A DNA stretch of 64,000 nt, taken from positions 558,001 through 622,000 of the forward strand of contig AP026164.1 in the NCBI GenBank assembly GCA_030295235.1. Reading direction: 5' to 3'. The DNA comes from Fistulifera solaris (taxonomy: Eukaryota). A program made the translations under genes and the position numbers. The notes below the pieces were generated by a model, which worked only from the letters and a program-made list of their open reading frames with translations, made no database searches and was not told the DNA's origin. This document shows, one piece after another, positions 1-11,784 of this stretch (within the stretch, counting starts at the first letter, position 1; each line of letters opens with the position of its first letter).

Positions 1-546
1 CAGCGGCGCCGCAACAGAGTCCCCTAAACCTACGGCAGCAATTAGAATAGCGGCTCGAGGAGACATGAAATGATAGAGACCCAAGTAAATCAAAAGAGCA
101 TTAAATTGCATCGGTCCCCATAATAGTTCCGAAGGAGAAGAAGACCGAGACAGCGCTTGAACTTCGATATCATCTGGATCCTTACAAATGAAACCTTTGT
201 ACCAAAATCGAATCATGAGAGCTGCTGGCACGATTGTGTTAAATCTCCAAGTCCAGTCAGTCGTATCGTAGAGCGGCCAAAAGATTAAACTGCTACTCAA
301 CACCATATGAATGCATGGTTTTGTCCAAGTTGATCTGCTTCTGTCCATGTTGCTCAGTCGATTGACGAGCTCAAGGCATATTTTAATGCATATCAACGTC
401 CATTGCAGCACTAAAATATTGTTGAGAATTGGGGGAAGATATTTCCATGATAAGTACTTAAGAAAAAAAGCCATGATAGCATACGCGAACAATACAATGT
501 TTTCAAGAGGATCACTTGGACTGAATGGTGCGCTGCGCAGTATTCA
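1..546 (-). CDS. Phytol/farnesol kinase-like (CTP-transferase family) membrane protein, partial; runs off window start
   Basis: Open minus-strand frame not in the ORF track (no stop inside the window): ...KPCIHMVLSSSLIFWPLY...DIEVQALSRSSSPSELLWGPMQF...AAVGLGDSVAAPL resembles VTE5/FOLK motifs (SRxGxxxELLxGP, GDxxA). First in-frame ATG at 474; true start uncertain. Confidence 0.65.
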
Positions 547-1246
547 ACTGGATCGAAGCTCGGATAAGTGTTTGTTGATTATTAGGGGTGGCGTATTAAT
601 TACGGCATGATTACACCTGGTAAGAAAATCCGCTCAATCAAGGTTTGGACGTTCCTCATTCAATCCGATAACAGCATAAACAATAGCAATTAGAATGCCA
701 TGTGTTCGAGGCGTTCAATGAATTCTTTCTGGTGAAATATGCGGACCTTGCCTCAACACAACCACGACTGCATTTCAGTCATGAATCACATTTTGTATTT
801 TATCCGTTCTGTACGCCTCCTAGAGGAAGCTTAATCGCCTGACTGAAATAAATTTAAAAATTCATAAGTTAGGGCATGTTATTTGGAGATCTGTTAATGG
901 AGTGGAAGACGTCGACGCGTTGCGCAACCAACTTTTAATCGAAAGGTGTTTACTCTCTTTATGAAGTGTACCCCTGCGTAGGGCGACAATGTTCCGACTC
1001 AGCCGGAATCCAGTCCCGGAAAAGTTATGCCTCCGCGCTCCGCTCGGCTCCGCGCGCAATCAGCGGCTCGTCTGTCTGTCCTCCCAACGGGTCGATCTTG
1101 TGATCTTGTGGTCTTGTGGCTTGTGGCAATGCGGATTTTCGTTCGCCCTTCTATGTTTGCCATGTTGCTTTGCAAATAGACTGGACTAGTGTGCTTTCTT
1201 TGAGGGAAAGATTCTGCGGTGGCTTTCTATGCTTTTGAAACAGCCA

Positions 1247-4200
1247 ATGGAAGACGAAAAAGCCAGTAACGACCGCATCGGTCACGCCGAAGTTCACTTT
1301 AACGACGAGGACGACGACCCGGAAGAGAGCGAGGACGATGAAGAAGAATCCAGTGACGGGGATGAAGACTTATCCGATGTATCTCATGAGGAAAATGCTT
1401 CGGATGATGATGAAGACATACTTCTTTATTCTGCTGATCACTACGACGAAGACAACTTACCGGACTATTCTTGTCGTTATTGCGGTATTCACAATCCATC
1501 TTGCGTTGCGATGTGTGTGGAGTCCAAAAAGTGGTTCTGCAATTCATCGGGTACAACCGGTTGCAGCCATCTCGTCCACCACTTAGTTCGATCGCGCTCT
1601 CACCAGGTTCAGCTGCACCCTAATAGTCCCTTAGCGGACACTGTTTTGGAATGTTATAATTGCGCTTCGAAGAACGTCTTTGTTCTGGGATTCGTCCCTG
1701 CCAGTGCCAGTTCGGTTGTTGTTTTGCTGTGTCGTGTGTGCGTTGAGACAGTGCCTGCTTTGAAAGACATGGATTGGGAACTTTCACAGTGGCATCCGGT
1801 GTTGCAGGATCGACAATTTCTTCCGTGGTTACTGTCGGTGCCATCGGAAAAGCTTCAGTTGCGCGCACGGGATATCTCGCAAGCTCAAATGGCAAGGTTG
1901 GAGGAGCTGTGGAAAACAAATCCGGAAGCTCGCTATGCGGATTTGAATCGCCCGGAAATAACGGAAGAGCAGGATCTACCTTCCGTGCAGCGTGTGTACG
2001 ATGATGGATATCATTACCAAAATATACTCGCACCGCTTGTGCAGCTCGAAGGTGATTACGACAGGCAAATGAAAGAAAGTTTGACGGAAGAGAGTATATC
2101 TATTCGTTGGGACAAGTCGTTGGCGGGGAAACACGTGGCCACATTTTCTTTCATAGGTTACAAGCGGAACAGTCGAGGATTGTGATCGGCGACGAACTAC
2201 GGATCAAACTAGGACAGGGTTCACAGTTTTTGTTTGGACGAGCATGGGAAGGAGTTGGATATGTCAAGAGCATCATTGATGGTGAAGTCGAACTCGAATT
2301 ACGGAGCGTCTCTGTCCCGGAGAGTATCACGGACGATTACGTCGTGGAATACGTTTGGAAAAGCACGTCGTATGATCGTATGCAGAACGCTTTGAAAACG
2401 TTTGCGATCGATGACACTTCGGTTACAGGATATATCTACCACAAGCTTCTCGGACATGCGGTTGAAGAACAGCGAATTGCTACCGCCAAAATTCCAGCAA
2501 CCGAAGCAGAATTCCATGTTCCAGGCTTGCCTCCTCTAAATGAGTCGCAACTTGAAGCGGTCAGCACAGTCCTGCAGCGCCCTCTCAGCTTAATTCAAGG
2601 GCCTCCAGGTACGGGCAAAACTGTTACTAGTGCAACCCTTGTTTACCATCTGACGCGGCAGAATATGGGTCAAGTGCTTGTGACAGCTCCCAGTAATGTT
2701 GCTGTCGATCAACTGACTGAAAAAATTGCCGCTACGGGGCTCCGTGTTGTACGTCTTGCTTCAAAAACTCGTGAACAGACGTCTTCAACCATTGATCATC
2801 TGTGTCTGCACGTCATGACTCCTTTGGCTGCTGGTGATGAGTTTCAAAAATTGCAACGTCTGAAGGATGAGATCGGCGATCTCTCCGAACGAGATCAGCG
2901 CAAGTACCGAGCTCTTCGCAATCGTACCGAGAAAGAAATCCTTCAAGCTGCTGACGTGATCTGCTGTACGTGTGTTGGAGCTGGTGACCCGCGGTTGAAG
3001 AACTTTCGTTTCCGCCAAGTGCTGATCGATGAGGCAACTCAAGCCATTGAGGCAGAAGCTTTGATTCCAATTGCCATGGGAGCAAAGCAAGTCGTCTTCG
3101 TTGGCGACCACTGCCAGCTAGGACCTGTCGTCATGTGCAAAGCAGCGGCAAAGGCTGGCTTGACACAAAGTCTATTTGAGCGACTTGTTCTTATTGGGAC
3201 GCGCCCAATTCGTTTGCAAGTGCAATACAGAATGCATCCTGCTCTTTCTGAATTCCCTTCCAATATGTTTTATGAAGGCAGTCTGCAGAATGGTGTGACG
3301 GAAGCCGATAGACAGTTGTTGACTATGCCTAGCTTTTCTGGCAAGGAAGATTTCCCCTGGCCTGTTCCTGAAAAGCCCATGTTCTTTTATTGCATTAACG
3401 GAATGGAAGAGATTTCGGCATCTGGCACGTCTTACTTGAACCGAACCGAGGCCTCGTACGTGGAGAGAGTTGTGACGCATTTGTTGCGAATGGGCGTGAC
3501 TCCGGCACAGATCGGTGTTATTACGCCATACGATGGACAGAAGAAGTACCTTTCTGATTACATGCGCCGAGTTGGCGCTCTGGCCAGTTCGCTTTATGAA
3601 GCTATTGAAGTTGCTTCGGTCGACGCTTTCCAGGGCCGTGAGAAGGATTTTATTCTGGTTTCATGCGTCCGCTCTAGCGAAACACAGGGTATTGGTTTTT
3701 TATCGGATCCACGACGTCTAAATGTGGCGCTTACGAGAGCTCGCTTGGGAATTATCTTGTTCGGGAACCCTCGCGTACTGAGTAAAAACCCGCTTTGGGC
3801 TGCCCTGCTAATTCATTTTAAGGAGTACGAATGTCTTGTTGAGGGCCCCTTGACCAATCTTCAGGCAAGCTACATCACCATTTCACGCCCGAAGCGCAAC
3901 CCAGCTAGTGATTCTCGTTACGCTTTTACTGCGCTAGCAAGAGGCGGTTGGGATGGACGCTGGGAAGACCGACGAGACCGCCCGAACGAGGCCCCTGCCT
4001 TTAAGCGCCGTGGACGCAGCAAACAATCGGACTCAAGATTCGATCCTCGGTACGAATCATCCAGCGGTGCTCCGGCTAACGCCAATGGATCTAGTGGAGG
4101 TTTGCCCATTCCGAGCTTTGCTCCTTTGCCGAGTTACGCTGGCGGCGGTGATGATTTGAGCAGTGTGGGAGGCGACAGTGCTGTCGACTCGCAGTTTGGT

Positions 4201-4326
4201 GGAAGTAGGGCAAGTTTCTTCTCCCAGCAGACGCAGCGAAAAGACGATTCTCGCGGACCATCATTGGGCTACTTTGTCGGCGGACCTAGCGGTAATTTTT
4301 TTGGTGGGGATCACGGCAAGAAATAA
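1247..4326 (+). CDS. UPF1: UPF1 nonsense-mediated decay RNA helicase
   Basis: CH zinc domain (CRYCGIH...KKWFCN, LECYNC), Walker [47 protein letters not shown]. Two ORFs joined by a 1-nt indel in a T-run near 2150. Confidence 0.97.
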
Positions 4327-5334
4327 TAACGACTAAGGTACAAAAGGAGTAGGAACAATGGACTCGGGATCGTCTGCGATCAACTATAGCAGAAAATGTT
4401 TGTCTTCTGTTACTAAACAGTTGCTTTTCGGAGAGGAGGGGACAAAGATCTACCCATTCTTCTCGCGAGACGATCCAAATGGTCCACGCAGGACTTTCTT
4501 GTAGCAATCGCTTAACCGTTCACCATCTACCAGGTATCAACAACAGTAGACTGTTTAGCGACGTCGAACCGACCATAAGAGTTTAAATAGTAAAACGCAA
4601 TAAGAATATGGATAGGTAGCTAAGCGAGGAAATGTTGAAATTGGTAGATGCTTCTTGCTTCTTGCATCGTTTGATTCGTAATGTCGTAAGTAAAATGCCT
4701 TGGGAGCAGTTTGGTCTCAAAAATTACTATAGACCCAAAGTGTTGTCTGTTTTTCACAACGACTGGATTTCAGTCATGAATCATCATTCTTCCGAGTCAG
4801 CGCTACCTAGCCTTTGTTCTTACTGCTAGCATGCTAAACTATGATTGTCCTTATTACATTCAATATTCTTTGGCAGCATTCGCGATGCACTGATTGATTC
4901 GTGATGTCAAGATGCCTTGGGAACGAAAAACTTCCATTGTCTTCTGTCCAATGATTAACCCTAACACTACTATCACTACTTTGGCATGTGAGCCACGTCA
5001 CGAGTGCAGCTTTTTACCAGGTACCTGGAAACGGCGTTAAAATTCTGCCTCGTCGTAGACGCTACGTAGAATCTTGTACTTGGAGGCAGAATTTTAACGT
5101 CCTTCCCCGGTACGGGTTGGTCGCAAATTTTGCAAAGGTCAAGAAGAATGCGAGAACGACGATGGAGGCGGTTCGGTGAACCAATCCAACTTTTTCGACG
5201 TTGTTAATCGCTCTTTATATGCACTAATCCTGTAATTGTGGAAAAAGGGTGTGAAAGGTCGTTTGCCTGCAAATCTGGTCACTCCTAGCTTCTCGTTTTG
5301 AACATCGACCAGCGGACGCCGTCGTAGCCAAATC

Positions 5335-8300
5335 ATGCTGGCAACAGAACCGACTACGCAGAGATCACGGAAATTGAAATATTTACAGCAACAGGAACGG
5401 CGGATTTCTGCACTTTTAGACGTTAGTTACGTAACGAATCGCATCATTGCCGCTTCGCAACCCATTCCGGACGATGAACCAACCTATCGAGATCTGGGAC
5501 GGTCAACTTGTGAAGGAGAATCATTCACGCAAAGCGAACAACAAAGAGACGCCTCGGAACGTAGTGCAGGCATGTATCAGGAATTAGAAGATTCTGTTTC
5601 ATCTGCCCGGCAAGTTTCTTATTCAAATTTTGGTGAAATCGGCAAATCAGACTTTCAAAGTCCCAATGACAACGATGATACGTCCTTAAGCTTACAATCC
5701 GACATCCGGTCTCGCAGAACTTTCAACTCGTCAGTCAGAAACGAAAACAATCCACGAAGAAACTATGCACACTCGTTGGCTAAATTCCTGAATAAGAAAC
5801 ACGGAGAGGGCAATTACCTTTTGTTTTCATTATGCGATGATCAAGCGGATGACTCCACATTGTTTCACCTGCGGCGTCAAATTGTACAATTGCCTTGGAA
5901 ATCCTCCAGAGATAATGCTTCGGAGCTTCCTACGGTCCCTTCATTGCTGGATATCTGCTACGCTTTTCATGCATGGCTAAACATGGAGGGCATTTCGGTC
6001 GGAAACGAAGGTCACTCGTCGCTCAAGCGATCGCAACACGTGGGCGTGATTTATTGTCCCAACGGAAAGACTCGAACGGCTATTGCTATCGCTTGCTATC
6101 TCAAGTTCACTGGTCAAGTGGACAAGACTGAAGATGGCTTCTTACTCTTCCTCGAACAGCGATGTCCGGATAGTGAGCTTTCACCGGCTACTGTGGCCAA
6201 AGCTCTCCCCGCGTCCATTCGTACTTTCTTTAGAAATTTTGATTCCACGATCAAGCTTAAGCGATATATGAATCAACAACCGCTCTTACTTCGGTCAATA
6301 GTAATGCGTGGCCTTCCGGTTGAAGAGAAACCGTGTTTGAATATTTTCAACGCTCAAGGTGACCATGTGTATTCCAGTCACCCTGACTTGTTTGGAGATA
6401 TATCCGTGACGAACCCTTATGCCCAGCAAGATCCCGGTCATTGGGAGGAAGAGGAAGGTTTCTTTCCAGTCAACCAGATCTTGGAAGGGGACTTCTATTT
6501 GCTGTGCCGATTCGGAGGACACTACGCAGACGATCTCTCTGATCCATCAAAGATCATTTTTCGTTATGCAAACACAACAAGTTTTCTTGGAGCTGGACCT
6601 ATCCACTTACGATGTGATAGAGTTGATCTGATGCGTCGATACGCGCACCTAATTGATTACAAGGAATTTTTACTCTCTATGACGTTTGAAGCATCTTGGA
6701 ATTGCTCTAGTCAGCAAGAAGCACCTTTGCTACAGAGAGATAGTATATCTGACAATGTTCTTTACGTGCGAAGCGGGTACGAGGCTATGGAACAAGGCTG
6801 GGAAATAATTTCACGGCATCATTGCGCAAAGCCAGTGACCATCGATGTCGACCTTTTACGAGCCTCCTGTGAAAGTCTACATGATTGTCCTTCTCATCTT
6901 TCCGCTTTGGCCTTGCAGCTTAGCAACTTTGATTTGAATAGCGCTAAAAACATGCTCACAGAAGGAAAAATGAGTCTTTGGTGGAGTCGTCGGACAGCGA
7001 CAGAGGCTCCATCTCTCCAATATCAATCGATTAGCCATACACAGCCCACTGTTCGGCCAGAACATCTTGAAATAAGAAACCGTATTTTAAATTTGGTCAG
7101 GGGTGTTGGTGCACTATCGACATCATTTGGGAATGACTCGTTTCAGACAAGGGCAACGAAGCCATCCACTGAAGATATTGAAGAAGGATACACACCAGTA
7201 AAACGGCCAGATGCAGCTTCTTGGTATACATCCCCATTGATGCGACCCAAGTCGGGCGACATCACAAATGCAATCGGCAAGGCTAAATTCATTTACCCAA
7301 ATTCAGACCATCCATTACGCCGAAAAGAACAACCTCTCGTTCCCTTTTTTCCGCACCCGTTACCTATGAAAGAAGGAACAAGTAGCGTGCTTGATGATCC
7401 CCAGAATCGCAATGCTTTTGACATGTTGATGCTTTCTAGCCCTCCTAACATTTCCATGAATGATTTACTTGCATTGCAGCGTTATCTCAGAGGTGAAAGG
7501 GAGCGTCCTCATCCAGAAACAGCTAAGATATGCGGTGATGGTACAGAAATCATGCTAGGTCGTGGAGCAACCAATGACCTCAGCAAACTACCTGGCGACA
7601 AGAATGAAAGTGTCGTCGACATGAAAAGGACAGCATATCCTTCGGAAAAACCAGCTCTCACAAATGCAAAAACTAATCTCATATCGTATACTCCGTTGAA
7701 AGATGATGAATGTTTTTCGAAGTACTACAAGATGCTGAAGATGGGCCTACCGCGAGGCGCTGTTGAGAATGCAATGACTCGAGATGGCGCTGACTTGTCG
7801 CTGCTTGATTTGGATCCTGAAAAGAGTCTTGTGTCTCAGAGACCGACACAGGCTGTATCCTCGGACCGTCCGTTGAAAGATGATGAATGTTTTTCGAAGT
7901 ACTACAAGATGCTGAAGATGGGCCTACCGCGAGGCGCTGTTGAGAATGCAATGACTCGAGATGGCGCTGACTTGTCGCTGCTTGATTTGGATCCTGAAAA
8001 GAGTCTTGTGTCTCAGAGACCGACACAGGCTGTATCCTCGGACCGTCCGTTGAAAGATGATGAATGTTTTTCGAAGTACTACAAGATGCTGAAGATGGGC
8101 CTACCGCGAGGCGCTGTTGAGAATGCAATGACTCGAGATGGCGCTGACTTGTCGCTGCTTGATTTGGATCCTGAAAAGAGTCTTGTGTCTCAGAGACCGA
8201 CACAGGCTGTATCCTCGGACCGTCCGTTGAAAGATGATGAATGTTTTTCGAAGTACTACAAGATGCTGAAGATGGGCCTACCGCGAGGCGCTGTTGAGAA

Positions 8301-11300
8301 TGCAATGACTCGAGATGGCGCTGACTTGTCGCTGCTTGATTTGGATCCTGAAAAGAGTCTTGTGTCTCAGAGACCGACACAGGCTGTATCCTCGGACCGT
8401 CCGTTGAAAGATGATGAATGTTTTTCGAAGTACTACAAGATGCTGAAGATGGGCCTACCGCGAGGCGCTGTTGAGAATGCAATGACTCGAGATGGCGCTG
8501 ACTTGTCGCTGCTTGATTTGGATCCTGAAAAGAGTCTTGTGTCTCAGAGACCGACACAGGCTGTATCCTCGGACCGTCCGTTGAAAGATGATGAATGTTT
8601 TTCGAAGTACTACAAGATGCTGAAGATGGGCCTACCGCGAGGCGCTGTTGAGAATGCAATGACTCGAGATGGCGCTGACTTGTCGCTGCTTGATTTGGAC
8701 CCTGAAAAGAGTCTTGTGTCTCAGAGACCGACACAGGCTGTATCCTCGGACCGTCCGTTGAAAGATGATGAATGTTTTTCGAAGTACTACAAGATGCTGA
8801 AGATGGGCCTACCGCGAGGCGCTGTTGAGAATGCAATGACTCGAGATGGCGCTGACTTGTCGCTGCTTGATTTGGATCCTGAAAAGAGTCTTGTGTCTCA
8901 GAGACCGACACAGGCTGTATCCTCGGACCGTCCGTTGAAAGATGATGAATGTTTTTCGAAGTACTACAAGATGCTGAAGATGGGCCTACCGCGAGGCGCT
9001 GTTGAGAATGCAATGACTCGAGATGGCGCTGACTTGTCGCTGCTTGATTTGGATCCTGAAAAGAGTCTTGTGTCTCAGAGACCGACACAGGCTGTATCCT
9101 CGGACCGTCCGTTGAAAGATGATGAATGTTTTTCGAAGTACTACAAGATGCTGAAGATGGGCCTACCGCGAGGCGCTGTTGAGAATGCAATGACTCGAGA
9201 TGGCGCTGACTTGTCGCTGCTTGATTTGGACCCAGATAGAAGTCTCATCTCCCAACAAAGCAATATCGCGAACAATAAATTTGGAACTAAGGAGACTCTT
9301 TCAAACACGGCCGAGTTTAATCAGTTTCAAGCCGAGGATATTGCTTCTCAGAAAGCATCTAATTCTCATCTAAGGGCAGAGCCACGACTGAACGCAGGAA
9401 AAAAGAATGTGAGACGGAAAAAGATATATTGGAATCCAATAAACCCCGGGGGAATTGAAAGAGGATTCTTTGTGGTCGTTGGTGAAAGGAAAAGTGCCGA
9501 TGGACAGTTTAAAGTACGATGTTCGAGAGTTCGAGGATCTTTTTACCGAGTCGCCTGATGCAGCAAAAACCAAAACAATAAAAGCAGAGAAAAGAGTAGA
9601 AACAAAGAGGAGCGTCCAGGTTGTTGATGGGAAACGATCCATGAACGGAGGCATTATTCTTAAGCGTTTAAGGATCGAGTATAAGGTGCTTGCTGAGATG
9701 GTCGAATCAATGTAAGTAAGATCTTGATGACGCTTTGTCGTTCAAAGCAAAGCTTTTCTTATGGCATCGTTTACGCCCCAGGGAAATTGGAGCTCTGGAC
9801 GCAACATCGATCAAAGCGCTGAAAGAATACCTACCTACTGCTGACGAAAGAAACCAGCTTCAATCCTATTTACAAGCGGCTGGTGAATCCAAGGAGAAAC
9901 GAGAAAAGCTCTACGGTGATCTGAGTGATTGTGAGAAGTACATGATTTGCATGATGGACGTAGCTAAAGCCGAAGATCACTTCGATTGCATGTTATTCCG
10001 GGTGCAATTCCGATCCAGATTCGACGAACTTACTGAGTGTCTTAGGACGGTAGACAAAGCTTGTGATGAGGTCAGGTTTTCTGAAAAATTTCGACAGATT
10101 ATGGCAATAATACTAACCGTGGTCAATCAAATCAACACGGGTGGCGAAGGAAAGGGTCAGGCTATGGGTTTTAACCTTGAGACACTTTTGAAGCTTAATG
10201 AGGTATGTCTTTTTGGCTTGTCAATGGACATCTTCGCAAATCTCATCTTTCTACTCAAATCAGGCGAAGGCTTTTGATAAAAAAGACAAGCGTTCTTCAA
10301 TATCTCATCAAAGTGGTCAAACGAAACGACGAGTCGCTAATTGAATTTCATGAAGACCTTCCACATACCAACGACTCAGCAAACATTATATTGGATTCTC
10401 TATGTTCTGATATCAAAGCATTAAAGGAAGAACTTGAAAAATTATTTAAAACATCACAAGAGCAAGCAGACGAGCTCTTGGACCTTGGGATAGCATCTAA
10501 ACTCTCTCTTTCGGAATTGAAAGAGCAGAAAACGAACGTTCGTACTCTTTCGGGTGTTTCACAATTCAACCAGGTAGATCATTTAACGGGTAGAACACCT
10601 ATGGAAAGGTTTTGCCTACATGCAAAAGCATCAATCGACGAGGCTAATCAGCTGACTTCGCAAGTCCAGGTCAAGTTTAGAAGCCTTTTGCAATACTTTG
10701 GAGAGGACGAGAAGATGGCTAGTAATGAATTCTTTGGGACACTCAAACGGTTTATCGCAGATTTTAAGAACGCAAATCAAATTGTACAGAAAAAGGAGAA
10801 CATGCGGGTACGTTTTCTGAATAACATACATCTGAAAATTAATTTGAAGCATTGCTCACATTGCTGAAGCTGCGAGAGATGAAAAGACAAGAGAGCATGA
10901 TACAGACAGACCGACGGATCGGCTTAGAGAAACAAAGTAAACAAGCATTCCACGCAACAGAAGTCACCAAATCTAGTCCCATGAGCTCAGCATCAGCGAT
11001 CTCTGCATTCTTTGCAGCAAAGAAGGAAGCGGATTCTCGGCTTTTTGTTTCGGATTCCGCCACCGGTGGCGTGAGTTTTGTTGACACAACACCAATTGAC
11101 TATTCCAGTTCAGCCTCAGGAGAGGCACAGTTGTCAGCTGGTACTGATGTAGACCAAGGCATTGATGGAGAAGCGGACAAAAGGGTGGTTTGTGAACCAG
11201 GAAAATTGTCGCCACATGCAGCAGTTGTGGTCTCCGCGTCTTCTACATCGAGAAAACAAGGCTCCTTTTCAGAAGGAGACCAAACCGATACGGTTAGTAC

Positions 11301-11535
11301 CATCGGCGCTAGCGCTGCAAGCACACCATCTGTAGATTGTTGCGATTCGTCACCCGCAGTCATTTGCGTTGATGAGGAGAAAGAAAAAGGACTTTTTGAA
11401 TTGTCGAATGCTTGCGAAGTAGGCAAGGGTGGAGGCGGCGAAGGAGATTCTAAAATTCCGAGTGTGGCATCGGCTATCTCTGAGTTTTTTGCAGCAAAGA
11501 AATTGGAAAGACATTCGTCAAACACCAAAGTCTGA
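5335..11535 (+). CDS. Formin with N-terminal PTEN-like phosphatase/C2 region, tandem CCDC53-like repeats and FH2 domain
   Basis: LDVSYVTNRIIA and YCPNGKTRTAIAIACYL (PTEN/tensin-like), C2-like segment, FH2 motifs (RRKKIYW, SLW, VVDGKRSMNGGI, GFNLETLLKL, KKTSVLQYL, YFGED..FF). Introns 9712-9781, 10203-10263 and ~10808-10869; indels at ~9450 and ~10280. 3' end uncertain. Confidence 0.9.
7693..9235 (+). repeat. Coding tandem repeat, 177-bp (59-aa) unit, 8 full copies plus 1 truncated
   Basis: Unit starts (ccgttgaaagatgatgaa) at 7693, 7870, 8047, 8224, 8401, 8578, 8755, 8932, 9109; among the full copies I see only a synonymous T>C at 8700. Confidence 0.98.
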
Positions 11536-11784
11536 TTTAATTATCGGTGGAGTTGGTATTGATGTTCCCGCACCACCCGCCAACTGTTGCGATACGGCAA
11601 AAGTCGTGCCTAATGGAAAAGAGGACGATCATTCTCAATTGTCGACTGATGATATTCACACAGAATCTTCGAGGTGAAGAATATTATAGAAGCGATTGAA
11701 GTGAATCTTATCGCACTGAGCGTAACACAACAAAAGATGGAGAAACTAGAGCAAATAAAAAAATCGACCACGAAACTGTTTGCG

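Noticed and set aside
2140..2190. Programmed or autoregulatory frameshift in UPF1, or Euplotes-like genome-wide frameshifting
   Set aside because: Indels occur in both directions and in runs of different bases with no shared slippery motif; sequencing error is more parsimonious.
4955..4965. Telomerase RNA template or interstitial telomere (taaccctaac)
   Set aside because: Only about 1.5 repeats with no supporting promoter or structure; compatible with chance.
7679..9190. 503-aa antisense repetitive ORF
   Set aside because: By-product of a 177-bp unit lacking stops in that frame; the sense frame carries the recognisable domain.
7693..9235. CRISPR-like array
   Set aside because: Head-to-tail identical units without unique spacers, in frame within a eukaryotic gene; no cas genes.
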